In this document: in pieces, positions 39,699 to 51,769 of the stretch
Layout: every line of letters starts with the position of its first letter
Position numbering within the stretch: position 1 is the stretch's first letter
Source of the DNA: Alphaproteobacteria bacterium
GTDB lineage: Bacteria > Pseudomonadota > Alphaproteobacteria > Caedimonadales > UBA9215
DNA: 64,000 bases
Reading direction: 5' to 3'
Assembly (NCBI GenBank): GCA_965204765.1
Contig: CBDBFG010000004.1
Coordinates: forward strand, 451,402-515,401
Notes under the pieces: generated by a model
The model's input: the letters and a program-made list of their open reading frames with translations, nothing else
Database searches by the model: none
Told to the model about the DNA's origin: nothing
Translations under genes and position numbers: made by a program

Positions 39699-42600
39699 AT
39701 GAAAGATGTAATGAATGTATTTGGCAAGGATCAAGGTCCTGAAAGTTTTGATTTTTTAAGGGTTTTGATTGCTAGTCCCGAGCAGATTAAGTCTTGGTCT
39801 TTTGGTGAGGTGAAAAAGCCAGAGACTATAAATTATCGTACTTTTAAGCCTGAAAGGGATGGGTTATTTTGTTCGCGTATTTTTGGCCCAATTAAAGATT
39901 ATGAATGTTTGTGCGGTAAGTACAAGAGAATGAAGTACCGTGGTATTACGTGTGAAAAATGTGGTACAGAAGTGACGCTGGCGAAGGTTCGTCGTGAAAG
40001 AATGGGGCATATAGATCTAGCTGCTCCTGTAGCTCATATATGGTTTACTAGGGCTATGCCAAGTAGGGTTGCTACGTTGTTAGATTTGACAATGAAGGAC
40101 TTAGAAAAAATACTTTATTACGATTCATATATAGTGATTGATCAAGGGTTATCTGGTTTGCAGAAAAACCAGTTGCTGACAGAAGATGAGTATTGTGATG
40201 CATTGGATGAATTTGGTGAAGGTTCATTTACAGCAGGAATTGGAGCAGAGGCTGTTCAGTCATTATTGTCCGGTATTAATTTGGCTCAAGAAAGTGTTAG
40301 TTTGCGGGAGGAGCTTGCAGCAACTAAATCAGAGATGAAGAGGAAGCGTATCATAAAACGTTTAAAGTCGGTAGAGGCCTTTTTGGATTCAAAATCTAAT
40401 CCAGAATGGATGATTTTACAGGTATTGCCTGTATTACCTCCGGAATTAAGGCCGCTTGTGCCTCTTGATGGCGGTAGATTTGCTACGTCTGATTTGAATG
40501 ACTTATATCGTAGGGTGATTAACCGTAATAATCGTTTGAAAAGATTAATAGAGCTGCGTGCTCCTGATCTGATCATCAGGAATGAAAAGCGTATGTTACA
40601 AGAAGCTGTGGATGCTTTGTTTGATAACAGCAGAAGAAGTAGGCCAATAGTAGGTTCTAATAAACGTCCGTTAAAATCCTTGGCTGATATGCTTAAAGGT
40701 AAGCAAGGTAGATTCCGTCAAAACTTGTTAGGGAAAAGGGTAGATTATTCAGGTCGTTCCGTAATCGTTGTTGGTCCAGAGTTGAAGCTGCACCAGTGTG
40801 GTATCCCAAAAAAAATGGCGTTGGAATTATTTAAGCCTTTCGTATATTCACGATTAGAGCGTTATGGGCTTGCAACGACTATTAAAGCTGCTAAGAGAAT
40901 GGTCGAAAAATGTCGTTCTGAGGTTTGGGATATATTAGAAGAGGTTATACGTGAGCATCCTGTATTGTTAAATCGTGCGCCTACTTTGCACAGGCTTGGA
41001 ATACAGGCATTTGAGCCAATGTTGGTTGAGGGTAAGGCTATTCAATTGCATCCATTGGTATGTACGGCATTTAATGCCGATTTTGATGGTGACCAAATGG
41101 CTGTTCATGTGCCGTTGTCTGTTGAGTCGCAGTTAGAGTCACGTGTGCTTATGATGTCTACTAATAACATTTTGCATCCGGCTAACGGTAAGCCGGTTAT
41201 CAATCCAACGAAAGATGTGGTGTTAGGGTTATATTATTTGACAGTGGAGCGCGAAGGTGAAAAAGGCGAGGGTATGTGCTTTGCTGATGTTGGTGAGATT
41301 CAGCTTGCACTAGATAATGGTTTAGTTTCGTTGCATACGAAAATTAAGGCGCGTTTTGTTAGTGTTGATGAGGGGGGTGACCCTGCGTCTTGTATGGTTG
41401 ATACTACTGTTGGTCGTATGATACTTTCTGAGGCTTTGCCTAGGAGTGCGAAGATTAAATTTGATATAATCAATAAGATTATTACTAATAAAGAAATTAG
41501 TTCTATTATTGATGAGATATATCGTTACTGTGGACAGAAGGAAACAGTGATATTCTGTGATAGAATTATGGCCATAGGGTTTAAGTATGCTACCGTTTCT
41601 GGTATATCATTCGGAAAAGATGATTTGTTGATTCCTGGTGATAAGAAAATATTGGTAGATGAGACAAGGTCAATAGTTGGTGAGTATGAAAAAAACAATA
41701 TCTAGATGGTTTTATTACCCAAGGTGAAAAATATAACAAGGTTGTAGATGCTTGGTCTCAGTGTACTGATAAAGTAGCAGGATCGATGATGAAGGGTATT
41801 TCTTCGGCAAGTCCAGGTGCTCCTTTAAACTCTGTTTATATGATGTCTCATTCTGGAGCGCGAGGGTCAGCGGCGCAAATGAAGCAATTGGCTGGTATGC
41901 GAGGGTTGATGACTAAGCCTAATGGTGAGATCATTGAAACCCCTATTATTTCAAACTTTAAAGAAGGGTTATCTGTATTGGAGTATTTTAATTCTACTCA
42001 CGGTGCGCGTAAAGGTTTGTCGGATATGGCGTTGAAAACAGCCAATTCTGGATATTTAACTCGTCGTCTAGTTGATGTGGCACAAGATGCTGTGATTATA
42101 GAGGATGATTGTGGTACTGATAAGAAAATAAAGGTTGCTCCTATCATTGAAGGTAGTGAGATTATTACTACTATTTCTGAGCGTGTGTTAGGTAGGACTG
42201 CTGGAGAAGATGTAATGCATCCAGAGACCGGTGACGTTATAGTTGAACGTGGTGCGATAATCAATGAAGCTATTGTAGAGGTTATAGATAGGGCTGGTAT
42301 AGACAGTATGCATGTTAGATCTCCTTTAACTTGTGAGTCTATAGATGGTGTGTGTGCTACTTGTTATGGTAGGGATTTGGCAAGGGGATCCAAGGTGAAT
42401 ATGGGTGAGGCTGTTGGGGTTATTGCTGCACAGTCTATCGGTGAACCTGGTACTCAACTTACTATGCGTACTTTCCATATAGGTGGAGCGGCGCAAGGAA
42501 GTGGTGAAAAATCTAGCATAGAATCGGCTGCTGATGGTCTGGTTACCGTTTTAAATCGTAATGTTGTGAAAAATAGTAATGGCGATTTGATTGTGATGGT

Positions 42601-43852
42601 TCGTAATATGGAAGTTGTGGTAAGTGATGTAAAGGGCTTTGAGAAAGTTCGTTATAAGTTGCCGTATGGTGCTAAATTATTGGTTGATTCAGATAGTAAG
42701 GTAAAAGTTGGGCAAAAAATAGCTGATTGGGATCCGTTTACTACTCCTATCGTGTCCGAGATTGATGGTATAGCCAAATTTGATGATTTAATAGAGGGTG
42801 TTTCTGTGCGCGAAGTGGTGGATAGTGCTACTGGTCTAACCAGCAGGGTTGTTACCAATTGGCGTCAACAGGCGCGCAGCAGTGATTTAAAGCCTCGTAT
42901 TTCCTTAGTGGATAAGGATGGTAAAGTATTAAAGTTGTCCAACGGAATGGAAGCTAGATACTTTCTTTCTGCAGATGCGATTATCAGTACTGATAGTGGT
43001 GTCAAGGTTAATAGTGGAGATGTCATAGCTCGTATTCCAAGAGAAACTTCTCGCACCAGAGATATTACAGGTGGTTTGCCTAGGGTTGCTGAATTATTTG
43101 AGGCTCGTATGCCAAAAGATTATTCTGTCATAAGTGAACTTGATGGTCGTGTAGAATTTGGCAAGGATTATAAGACGAAGCGTTTGATCAGGGTTGTTCC
43201 AGAAGGAAATGATATTCAGCCTGTTGAGTATATGATACCTAAAGGTAGGCACGTTGTTGTGTTTGAAGGTGATTATGTGCGTAAAGGTGAGACACTAGTA
43301 GATGGGAATCCGGTGCCGCATGATATTTTACGAGTATTAGGCTCAGAAGCTTTGGCTTCTTACCTGATTAATGAAATACAAGAAGTGTATCGTTTGCAAG
43401 GTGTGCCTATTAATGACAAGCATATAGAGGTCATTGTGCGTCAAATGCTTAGAAAGGTTGAAATATCAGATCCTGGTGATTCTATGTATTTGGTGGGTGA
43501 GCATGTTGATAAGCGTGAATTAGAAAAGGTGAATTCTAATTTGTTGGCGCAAGATAAAACAGCAGCCAAGTCGTTTGAGGTGTTGCAAGGAATTACTAAG
43601 GCTTCATTGCAGACTAAGTCATTTATTTCTGCGGCATCTTTCCAGGAGACTACAAGAGTGTTAACAGATGCTGCTGTAAATGGAAAGCGTGATGATTTGG
43701 TGGGGCTAAAAGAAAATATTATTATTGGTAAGTTAATACCTGCTGGTACTGGTAGCGTAGTGAGTGAGATGAAGTCACAAGCTATTCTCTCTGATGATTC
43801 TGTCGATAATGGTGTTGAGGTGACAGTTGAAAATGAACCATCTGTAAATTAG
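39699..43852 (+). CDS. rpoC: DNA-directed RNA polymerase subunit beta' with its reading frame interrupted by a 1-nt shift at the A7 tract 41689..41695
   Basis: The N-half (ORF 39687..41705) has the Zn-finger [20 protein letters not shown] and [12 protein letters not shown]. The C-half frame, open from 41690, continues [20 protein letters not shown]...[18 protein letters not shown]...[17 protein letters not shown]. No residues are missing at the junction. Confidence 0.95.
41690..41696 (+). other. Candidate recoding site: in-phase A_AAA_AAC heptamer within the A7 run
   Basis: The 0-frame reads GAA AAA AAC AAT ATC TAG. The -1 frame is closed upstream by TGA at 41687..41689. Both frames are open only over 41690..41702. 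Confidence 0.5.
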
Positions 43853-43875
43853 TTATATTGGCGTCAAGAGAATGC

Positions 43876-43904
43876 TTGACTATTGAAAAAAGTATTTATA
43901 TCAT
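43876..43904 (+). promoter_or_regulatory. Sigma-70-type promoter candidate for rpsL-rpsG-fusA-tuf
   Basis: TTGACT (43876..43881), a 17-nt spacer, then TATCAT (43899..43904). A 6-bp hairpin, GTCAAG/CTTGAC (43864..43880), overlaps the -35 element. Confidence 0.45.
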
Positions 43905-43975
43905 GCCGCCACAAGCAGTACATTTTTTTTTGTTAAGATTGTTTTAGGTAGATAATATTAAGGAAGGAAGGCTTT

Positions 43976-44347
43976 ATGCCAACTATTAATCAATTGATTC
44001 GTAAGCCGCGCAAGGATTTAGCTGCGCGTAATAAAGTGCCGGCGATGCAGGGGTGCCCACAAAAGAGAGGGGTATGTACGCGTGTTACTACTACTTCTCC
44101 TAAAAAGCCTAACTCGGCATTGCGTAAAATTGCTCGTGTTCGTCTGACTAATGGTTTTGAAGTTACAGCGTATATTCCTGGTGAAGGTCACAACCTGCAG
44201 GAGCATTCCGTTGTGCTAATTAGAGGTGGTCGTGTTCCAGACCTTCCAGGTGTAAGGTATCATCTAGTAAGAGGTACTTTAGATACTCAAGGTGTTAAAG
44301 ATCGTAAACAAGGTCGTTCCAAATACGGAACAAAGCGTCCAAAGTAA
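43976..44347 (+). CDS. rpsL: 30S ribosomal protein S12
   Basis: [12 protein letters not shown]...[25 protein letters not shown]. Confidence 0.97.
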   Translation: MPTINQLIRKPRKDLAARNKVPAMQGCPQKRGVCTRVTTTSPKKPNSALRKIARVRLTNGFEVTAYIPGEGHNLQEHSVVLIRGGRVPDLPGVRYHLVRGTLDTQGVKDRKQGRSKYGTKRPK

Positions 44348-44359
44348 TAAGGAGTTAGT

Positions 44360-44830
44360 ATGTCTCGTCGTCGTGCTGCGGAAAAAAGAGAATGTTTGCC
44401 AGATCCTAAGTTTGGTGATGTCGTTATTTCTAAATTCATTAATTCTGTTATGATTGATGGTAAAAAGTCGATTGCTGAAAAAATAGTATATGGAGCGATT
44501 GATATTGCCCATTCCAAGGTAAAGCGTGCTCATGTTGAGCTGTTTCATGAAGCTTTAGAGAATGTTAAGCCTTCTATAGAAGTACGTTCTAGGAGGGTTG
44601 GTGGTGCTACCTATCAAGTTCCTGTTGAGGTTCGTCCTGAAAGACAGCAAGCTTTGGCTATTAGGTGGTTGATAAATGCTGCAGGTGCCAGGTCTGAAAC
44701 AACAATGAAGTATCGTTTAAGCGGAGAGCTCTTAGATGCTTTGCAAAATAAGGGATCTGCAATTAAAAAGCGCGAAGATACGCATAGAATGGCTGAGGCT
44801 AACAAAGCTTTCTCACATTATAGATGGTAA
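44360..44830 (+). CDS. rpsG: 30S ribosomal protein S7
   Basis: MSRRR.AEKR...PD.KFGD....KF.N..M.DGKKS.AE; 156 aa. Confidence 0.97.
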   Translation: MSRRRAAEKRECLPDPKFGDVVISKFINSVMIDGKKSIAEKIVYGAIDIAHSKVKRAHVELFHEALENVKPSIEVRSRRVGGATYQVPVEVRPERQQALAIRWLINAAGARSETTMKYRLSGELLDALQNKGSAIKKREDTHRMAEANKAFSHYRW

Positions 44831-44851
44831 TTTTAAATTAGGGATGTACAC

Positions 44852-46930
44852 ATGACACGCCAAACGGATATTGCTAAGTATCGTAATATTGGAATAATGG
44901 CTCATATTGATGCCGGTAAAACTACAACAACAGAGAGAGTGTTGTATTACACGGGTAAATCTTACAAGATTGGTGAGGTTCATGATGGTGGTGCTACCAT
45001 GGATTGGATGGAGCAAGAGCAAGAGCGTGGAATAACTATTACTTCTGCTGCTACGACTTGTTTTTGGAATGATCACCGTATTAATATTATTGATACTCCT
45101 GGACACGTTGACTTTACCATTGAGGTGGAGCGTGCTTTGCGTGTGTTGGATGGGGCCGTTGCGGTTTTTGATGCTGTATCTGGTGTTGAACCTCAGTCAG
45201 AGACTGTGTGGAGGCAGGCTGATAAGTATAATGTGCCAAGGATTTGTTTTGTTAACAAAATGGACAGAGTTGGTGCAGATTTTTACCGCTGTGTTGATAT
45301 GTTCGTTGATAGATTGGGCGCATCTCCTTTGGTGTTACAGCTTCCTATAGGTTCTGAGTCGGAATTTGAGGGAGTTGTTGATTTGGTAAAAATGAAGGCT
45401 GTAGTCTGGAAGGACGAAAAGCTGGGTGCGGAATTTAGTTATGTTGACGTTCCTGATGCATTGGCTGATAAAGCACTGGAGTATAGGGCTAAGTTAATAG
45501 AAACTGCGGTGGAAGTTGATGATGAAGTTTTAGAGTCTTATCTGGGCGGTGTTGAGCCTGATGAAGAAACATTGAATAAATGTATCAGAATTGGAACAAT
45601 TCAGGGTGTTTTTAATCCGGTATTGTGTGGTACTGCGTTTAAAAATAAAGGTGTGCAGCCGCTTTTGGATGCTGTAGTAAGTTATTTGCCTTCTCCTTTG
45701 GATATAGGGGCTGTGAATGGTGTGAAAGTAAAGGGTAATGAACCTGATTCTAGGGATCCTTCTGATGATTCTCCAGTTTCTGCTTTGGCGTTTAAAATTA
45801 TGACGGACCCGTTTGTGGGTTCTTTGACGTTTGTTCGTGTGTATTCTGGTAAATTAGAAAGTGGTTCTTATATAGCGAACTCTACCAAAGACAAAAGAGA
45901 AAGGGTAGGGCGCATGCTGTTGATGCACGCTAATAGCCGTGAAGATATTAAAGTGGCATGTGCTGGTGATATAGTTGCGCTTTGTGGTTTGAAAGACACG
46001 GTTACCGGTGATACATTATGTGATAGTTTGAAGCCTATAATTCTTGAAAAAATGGAATTTCCTGATCCGGTTATTGAGGTAGCTGTTGAGCCAAAAACAA
46101 AGGCAGATCAAGAGAAGATGGGAATGGCGTTGGCTAGGCTTGCGCAAGAAGATCCATCTTTTCGAGTGACTACCAATCATGAGAGCAAGCAGACCATTAT
46201 CAAGGGTATGGGTGAGTTGCACTTAGAAATAATCGTGGATAGATTGAAGAGAGAATTCAAGGTTGATGCTGCTGTTGGTGCACCACAAGTTGCGTACAGA
46301 GAGACTATTTCTAAACCTTACCAGGTTGATTATACTCATAAAAAGCAATCTGGTGGAGCTGGACAATTTGCGCGAATTGTTCTGGACTTTGAGCCTTGTG
46401 ATCCTGGTGTTGGTTTTTCTTTTGAAAGCAAGATCGTTGGTGGTGCTGTGCCAAAAGAATATATCCCAGGTGTAGAAAAAGGTCTGGTGAGTGCTATGTC
46501 TACCGGAGTGATTGCGGGTTTTCCGATGATTGATTTTAAAGCAACGTTAGTGGATGGTGCTTTTCATGATGTAGACTCTAGCGTTATGGCGTTCGAAATT
46601 GCTGCTCGTGCAGCATTTAGAGAGGGAATCCCTAAAGCTTCCCCTAAGTTGTTAGAGCCAATTATGAAGGTTGAAGTTGTTACTCCTGAGGATTACATGG
46701 GTGATATTATAGGTGATTTGAATAGTCGTAGAGGTCAGGTTGGTAGTATGGATCAAAGAGGTAATGCCCGTGTTATAGATGCTATGGTGCCGTTGGCTAA
46801 TATGTTTGGTTATGTTAATAATCTGCGATCTATGTCGCAAGGAAGAGCTAACTATACTATGCAGTTTGATCACTATGAGGCTGTGCCGCAGAACGTGTCT
46901 GATGAAGTAAAGGAAAAATATTCATCATAA
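44852..46930 (+). CDS. fusA: Elongation factor G
   Basis: [42 protein letters not shown]; 692 aa. Confidence 0.97.
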   Translation: MTRQTDIAKYRNIGIMAHIDAGKTTTTERVLYYTGKSYKIGEVHDGGATMDWMEQEQERGITITSAATTCFWNDHRINIIDTPGHVDFTIEVERALRVLDGAVAVFDAVSGVEPQSETVWRQADKYNVPRICFVNKMDRVGADFYRCVDMFVDRLGASPLVLQLPIGSESEFEGVVDLVKMKAVVWKDEKLGAEFSYVDVPDALADKALEYRAKLIETAVEVDDEVLESYLGGVEPDEETLNKCIRIGTIQGVFNPVLCGTAFKNKGVQPLLDAVVSYLPSPLDIGAVNGVKVKGNEPDSRDPSDDSPVSALAFKIMTDPFVGSLTFVRVYSGKLESGSYIANSTKDKRERVGRMLLMHANSREDIKVACAGDIVALCGLKDTVTGDTLCDSLKPIILEKMEFPDPVIEVAVEPKTKADQEKMGMALARLAQEDPSFRVTTNHESKQTIIKGMGELHLEIIVDRLKREFKVDAAVGAPQVAYRETISKPYQVDYTHKKQSGGAGQFARIVLDFEPCDPGVGFSFESKIVGGAVPKEYIPGVEKGLVSAMSTGVIAGFPMIDFKATLVDGAFHDVDSSVMAFEIAARAAFREGIPKASPKLLEPIMKVEVVTPEDYMGDIIGDLNSRRGQVGSMDQRGNARVIDAMVPLANMFGYVNNLRSMSQGRANYTMQFDHYEAVPQNVSDEVKEKYSS

Positions 46931-46940
46931 GTGTGTGAAA

Positions 46941-48180
46941 GTGTTTAAAGCTATAAATTGATAATTAAAGATGTATGGAAGGTAGAGATGAGCAAGGAGA
47001 AGTTTGAGAGGAATAAGCCTCACGTTAATATAGGAACGATAGGTCACGTTGATCATGGTAAGACTACGTTGACGGCTGCGATTACGAAGGTATTGGGAGA
47101 TGCTGGAGGAGCTGAGTTTACGGATTATGATCAGATAGATAAGGCACCTGAGGAGAAGGCTAGGGGTATAACGATTAATACTTCTCATGTTGAGTATGAG
47201 ACGGAGAATCGTCATTATGCGCACGTTGATTGTCCTGGTCACGCGGATTATGTGAAGAACATGATTACTGGAGCTGCGCAGATGGATGGTGGTATATTGG
47301 TTGTGAATGCTGCTGATGGTCCTATGCCTCAGACACGTGAGCACATACTTTTGGCCCGTCAGGTTAACGTTCCTGCGTTGGTTGTTTATATGAACAAGGT
47401 TGATCAGGTTGATGACGAGGAGTTGTTGGATTTGGTTGAGTTGGAGATTCGTGAGTTATTGAGTAGTTATGAGTTTCCTGGTGATGATATACCGATTATT
47501 AGAGGTTCTGCGCTTTGTGCGTTGGAAGGTAGGGAAGATAAGATAGGTCGTGATTCTATTTTAGAATTAATGAAGTCTGTTGATAGTTTTATACCTGAGC
47601 CTAAGCGTGATATAGACAAGCCATTTTTGATGCCGATAGAGGATGTATTTTCGATATCTGGTCGTGGTACGGTTGTTACAGGTCGAGTTGAGCGTGGTAT
47701 TGTTAAGGTTGGTGACGAGATAGAGATGGTTGGTATACGAGATACTAGCAAGACTACTGTTACTGGTGTAGAGATGTTCCGTAAGCTTTTGGATGAAGGT
47801 CGAGCTGGTGATAACGTTGGAGTGTTGCTTCGAGGAGTTGGTCGAGAGGATATAGAGCGTGGTCAAGTTTTGGCGCATCCTGGTACGGTATCTCCACATA
47901 CGGAGTTTGAGTGTGAGGCTTATGTTCTTACTAAGGAAGAGGGTGGGCGTCATACGCCGTTTTTTGGTAATTATCGCCCGCAGTTTTATTTTAGGACGAC
48001 AGATGTTACTGGTTCTGTAGAGTTGTTGGGTGGTAAAGAGATGGTTATGCCCGGTGACAATGTGAAGATGAAAGTTCAGTTGATATCTCCGATAGCTATG
48101 GATGAGGGTGATCGTTTTGCTATTCGTGAGGGTGGTAGAACTGTTGGTGCTGGTGTTATTAGTAAAATTATTAAATAGTT
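46941..48180 (+). repeat. 1240-bp direct repeat, copy 2 (tuf with 47 bp upstream and 2 bp downstream)
   Basis: Identical to 30883..32122. Identity starts at gtgtttaaagctataaattg and ends 2 nt after the TAG stop. Confidence 0.85.
46988..48178 (+). CDS. tuf: Elongation factor Tu (copy 2)
   Basis: Protein identical to copy 1. Canonical position after fusA. Confidence 0.97.
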   Translation: MSKEKFERNKPHVNIGTIGHVDHGKTTLTAAITKVLGDAGGAEFTDYDQIDKAPEEKARGITINTSHVEYETENRHYAHVDCPGHADYVKNMITGAAQMDGGILVVNAADGPMPQTREHILLARQVNVPALVVYMNKVDQVDDEELLDLVELEIRELLSSYEFPGDDIPIIRGSALCALEGREDKIGRDSILELMKSVDSFIPEPKRDIDKPFLMPIEDVFSISGRGTVVTGRVERGIVKVGDEIEMVGIRDTSKTTVTGVEMFRKLLDEGRAGDNVGVLLRGVGREDIERGQVLAHPGTVSPHTEFECEAYVLTKEEGGRHTPFFGNYRPQFYFRTTDVTGSVELLGGKEMVMPGDNVKMKVQLISPIAMDEGDRFAIREGGRTVGAGVISKIIK

Positions 48181-48236
48181 GTTGAATAGATCTTTGTTGT
48201 TGTGTTAGATTACGCAGCATATGTTGGATATATACG

Positions 48237-48545
48237 ATGGAAAATCAAAATATTAGGATAAGACTGAAAGCATTTGATCATAAAATATTGGATCGCTCTG
48301 CTTTGGAAATAGTAAAAACTGCAGAGAGAACTGGAGCTGAAATTCATGGTCCTGTGCCTTTGCCAAATAGAAGGTCTGTTTATACTGTGAACAGGTCTCC
48401 TCATATTGATAAGAAATCTCGTGAGCAGTTTGAGATTAGAACTCATAAGAGAGTCATAGACATTATGAAGTGGAATCCTCAGACTGTTGATGCTCTGATG
48501 AAGTTAGATTTAGCTTCTGGTGTTGATGTTGAGATAAAGTTATAA
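48237..48545 (+). CDS. rpsJ: 30S ribosomal protein S10
   Basis: [13 protein letters not shown]...IV.TA.RTGA...GP.PLP. Confidence 0.97.
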   Translation: MENQNIRIRLKAFDHKILDRSALEIVKTAERTGAEIHGPVPLPNRRSVYTVNRSPHIDKKSREQFEIRTHKRVIDIMKWNPQTVDALMKLDLASGVDVEIKL

Positions 48546-48569
48546 CAATAAATAGATTATGGATAGAAT

Positions 48570-49310
48570 ATGCGTACTGGTTTGATAGGTACAAAGATTG
48601 GTATGACAAGTATATTTTCTGATATTGGAGAATATACCGCTGTTACTTTGGTGGAAGTTAAAGATTGTCAGGTTGTTGATATTAAGCGCTCTTCGGAACG
48701 TGGGTATAATGCTGTTTTGTTGGGAATTGGTTCTGTAAAGCAAAAAAATGTTTCCAAGCCTCTTAAGGGTTATTTTGCAAAGCAAAAGGTAGAGCCTAAA
48801 AGTAAGTTGAAAGAGTTTTTAGTTTCTGAAGATTGCTTGTTGAATGTGGGTGATACGATGTGTGTTACTCATTTTGTTCCTGGTCAAGTGGTGGATGTTT
48901 CTGCTCGTTCTATTGGTAAAGGATTTGCCGGTGTGATGAAACGTCATAACTTTAGTGGGTTGCGCGCTTCTCATGGTGTGTCTATTTCGCACCGTAGTCA
49001 CGGTTCTACTGGTCAATGTCAAGATCCTGGTAAGGTTTTTAAAGGGAAAAAGATGGCTGGTCAAATGGGTAACAAAAGAGTGACTGTGCAGAATTTACAA
49101 GTTGTAAAGGTTTTTCCCGAGGATAACTTGATCGCCATCAAAGGTGCAATTCCTGGATCTAAAGGTGGAATGGTAGAGTTAAAAGATTCCGTTAAAAAAA
49201 TTATTAAACTGGATTTGCCTCTTCCTGCGGCTTTAAAAGTAAATGGTGCGGATTCTAAAAAAGCTGTAGAAGACGTTGTGTCAAAGAAAACTGAAACTAA
49301 GTCTGAGTAA
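48570..49310 (+). CDS. rplC: 50S ribosomal protein L3
   Basis: [13 protein letters not shown] and [24 protein letters not shown] motifs. Carries a C-terminal Lys/Glu-rich extension. Confidence 0.96.
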   Translation: MRTGLIGTKIGMTSIFSDIGEYTAVTLVEVKDCQVVDIKRSSERGYNAVLLGIGSVKQKNVSKPLKGYFAKQKVEPKSKLKEFLVSEDCLLNVGDTMCVTHFVPGQVVDVSARSIGKGFAGVMKRHNFSGLRASHGVSISHRSHGSTGQCQDPGKVFKGKKMAGQMGNKRVTVQNLQVVKVFPEDNLIAIKGAIPGSKGGMVELKDSVKKIIKLDLPLPAALKVNGADSKKAVEDVVSKKTETKSE

Positions 49311-49315
49311 GAGCA

Positions 49316-49936
49316 ATGGAAATTGAATTAAAAAATTGGCAAAATAAGGGTGTTGGTAAGGTAAAGCTCCAACAATCAATTTTTGGATGTGAGGTTCGTG
49401 AGGATATAATTGCCAGAGTTGTTCATTGGCAGTTAGCAAAGCGTAGATCTGGTACGCATAATACTAAGCGTATTGGTGATGTAAGTGGTACAACGAAGAA
49501 GCCTTTTAGGCAAAAGGGAACTGGTAATGCCCGTCAAGGTAGTTTGCGTTCTCCTCATATGAGGGGTGGTGCGACTATGCATGGTCCTTTGAGTAAATCT
49601 TATGATTACTCGTTGCCTAAAAAAGTTCGCAAAGCTGGTTTGTGCAGCATTTTATCTTCAAGATTCTCTAGTAAAAATATTATGGTTTTTGATGACCTTT
49701 CAATAAAAGATTCCAAGACAAAATCTTTGCTAGTTGGGTTAAAGAAATGTGGTATTTCATCTGGTTTGTTTGTTGATGCTGATAAGGTCAATGAGTCATT
49801 TGTGCAGGCTTCTGCTAATATTCATAATATCAACGTTTTGCCTGTTTGTGGTTTGAATGTATATGATATTATGCGTCATGAAACAATTATATTTACTAAG
49901 AGTGCAATTGATAGTATAGGAGGCCGTTTGGCATGA
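49316..49936 (+). CDS. rplD: 50S ribosomal protein L4
   Basis: RSGTHNTK.R..VSGTTKKP.RQKGTGNARQGS.RSP..RGG motif. Confidence 0.95.
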   Translation: MEIELKNWQNKGVGKVKLQQSIFGCEVREDIIARVVHWQLAKRRSGTHNTKRIGDVSGTTKKPFRQKGTGNARQGSLRSPHMRGGATMHGPLSKSYDYSLPKKVRKAGLCSILSSRFSSKNIMVFDDLSIKDSKTKSLLVGLKKCGISSGLFVDADKVNESFVQASANIHNINVLPVCGLNVYDIMRHETIIFTKSAIDSIGGRLA

Positions 49937-50262
49937 GTAACAGGTCTTTCGTTAAAAGCGGCAATACGTTAAGTATTGAACGTGCTTATAATATAATAAA
50001 GAAGCCAGTGGTGACCGAGAAGAGCACCTTAGTTTCTCAATATCGCCAATTTGTATTCGAAGTTGTACAGGATACCAATAAGATAGAGGTAAAACAGGCT
50101 GTCGAAAGTATTTTTAAGGTAAAAGTGCAGTCTGTAAATATTAATAATAAAAATGGTAAAAGCAAACGCTTTAAGGGAAGGCTTGGTAATCGGTCTGATA
50201 GGAAATTTGCTTTTGTTACCTTGTTAGAAGGTTATACTATTGATACTGGAGTGGGGGTATAA
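49933..50262 (+). CDS. rplW: 50S ribosomal protein L23
   Basis: II.KPV.TEKS and VF.V...ANK.EVKQAVE..F.VKV..VN patterns. Confidence 0.93.
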   Translation: MSNRSFVKSGNTLSIERAYNIIKKPVVTEKSTLVSQYRQFVFEVVQDTNKIEVKQAVESIFKVKVQSVNINNKNGKSKRFKGRLGNRSDRKFAFVTLLEGYTIDTGVGV

Positions 50263-50263
50263 T

Positions 50264-51091
50264 ATGGCTTTAAAAGAATATAAACCTATTACTCCTGGGC
50301 AAAGAGGGTTGGTTCTTGTGGATAGATCTTCTCTTTGGAAGGGTAAGCCAGTAAAGAAATTAACTTCGGGGCTTACCAAGTCTGGAGGACGAAATAACGA
50401 TGGTAGAATAACCAGTAGGCATAAAGGTGGCGGTCATAAGCGATCTTACCGTATGATAGATTTTAAACGTAATAAAGACGATTTATTTGCTACTGTAGAG
50501 CGTATTGAGTATGATCCTAATCGTAGTGCTTTTGTTGCCTTGATCAAATATGAAGATGGTGAGTTATCGTATATATTAGCGCCGCAGCGTATCAATATTG
50601 GTGATAAAGTAATTTCTGGGAAAAAAGTTGATATTAAGCCCGGTAATACGCTGGAATTAAGAGATATTCCTGTGGGTACTATTGTACATAATATCGAGAT
50701 GAAGCCTTTAAAAGGAGGGCAAATTGCTAGGTCTGCGGGATCTTATGCGCAAATTGTTGGTCGTGACCTTGGATTTGTCGCCTTGAAGTTGTCTTCTGGA
50801 GAGCAAAGAAAATTCCTTGATAGATGTCGTGCTACTGTTGGTGCTGTCTCTAATACGGACCAAAAGAATATCAATTTCGGTAAGGCTGGTAGATCTAGGT
50901 GGTGTGGCAAGAGGCCTCATGTGCGAGGTGTGGTAATGAACCCTGTAGATCATCCTCATGGGGGTGGTGAAGGAAAGAGTTCTGGAGGAAGGCATCCTGT
51001 TACTCCTTGGGGTGTTTCGACTAAAGGTAAGAAAACTCGTAAAGTTAACAATAGATCTGATAAGTATATTGTTAGTCGTAAGAAAAAATAG
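50264..51091 (+). CDS. rplB: 50S ribosomal protein L2
   Basis: [15 protein letters not shown] and [18 protein letters not shown] motifs. ATG at 50264; the ORF-track start at 50240 is rejected. Confidence 0.97.
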   Translation: MALKEYKPITPGQRGLVLVDRSSLWKGKPVKKLTSGLTKSGGRNNDGRITSRHKGGGHKRSYRMIDFKRNKDDLFATVERIEYDPNRSAFVALIKYEDGELSYILAPQRINIGDKVISGKKVDIKPGNTLELRDIPVGTIVHNIEMKPLKGGQIARSAGSYAQIVGRDLGFVALKLSSGEQRKFLDRCRATVGAVSNTDQKNINFGKAGRSRWCGKRPHVRGVVMNPVDHPHGGGEGKSSGGRHPVTPWGVSTKGKKTRKVNNRSDKYIVSRKKK

Positions 51092-51104
51092 TTAGGTGGT
51101 TTGA

Positions 51105-51383
51105 ATGGCACGGTCGGTTTGGAAAGGACCATTTGTTGATGGTTATTTGTTAAAAAAAGCAGATGCTAGTCATAGCAGTGGCAGAAAAGATGTTATTAAG
51201 ACTTGGTCCAGAAGATCTACTATTTTACCTCAATTTGTAGGGTTGACTTTTGGTGTGCATAACGGTAAAAAATTCGTGCCAGTTTTAGTATCTGAGGATA
51301 TGGTTGGTCATAAATTGGGTGAGTTTGCTCCTACTAGGACATATTATGGTCATGGGGCTGATAAAAAAGCTAAGAAAAGGTAG
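51105..51383 (+). CDS. rpsS: 30S ribosomal protein S19
   Basis: [12 protein letters not shown] and [11 protein letters not shown] motifs. Confidence 0.97.
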   Translation: MARSVWKGPFVDGYLLKKADASHSSGRKDVIKTWSRRSTILPQFVGLTFGVHNGKKFVPVLVSEDMVGHKLGEFAPTRTYYGHGADKKAKKR

Positions 51384-51388
51384 TGATA

Positions 51389-51769
51389 ATGGCGAAGAAA
51401 TCATCGGTACGTCGTTTGGGTGATAAAGAGGCTCGTTCTTTTTTGCGTAATATTCGTATAAGTCCTCAAAAATTAAATGTTGTAGCTTCGTGCATACGTG
51501 GTAAGCATGTTAGCGAAGCTTTGGACTCTTTAGAGTTTTCTGGCAAAAGGGTTGCGCGTGATGTGTACAAATCGTTATTGTCTGCTATTGCTAATGCGGA
51601 AGAGAATCACGGTTTAGATATAGATGGTTTATACGTAAAGGAAGCAAGTGTAGGTAAATCTATGGTGATGAAGAGGTTTCATGCCCGCGCAAGAGGGCGT
51701 GGGGCTAGAATACTGAAGTATTTTAGTAATTTAAATATAGTGCTGCAAGAACGTAAAGGGAGTGCGTAA
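51389..51769 (+). CDS. rplV: 50S ribosomal protein L22
   Basis: R.IR.SPQKLN.VA..IRGK.V..AL..L.F S.K. ATG at 51389; the ORF track has a GTG at 51383. Confidence 0.94.
   Translation: MAKKSSVRRLGDKEARSFLRNIRISPQKLNVVASCIRGKHVSEALDSLEFSGKRVARDVYKSLLSAIANAEENHGLDIDGLYVKEASVGKSMVMKRFHARARGRGARILKYFSNLNIVLQERKGSA

Noticed and set aside
41697-41790. A search for a frameshift-stimulating structure downstream of the rpoC A7 tract
   Set aside because: I found only a 5-bp CCAAG/CTTGG pairing with a loop of about 35 nt, and no pseudoknot-like arrangement. This is too weak to claim, so the mechanism is left open in the finding.
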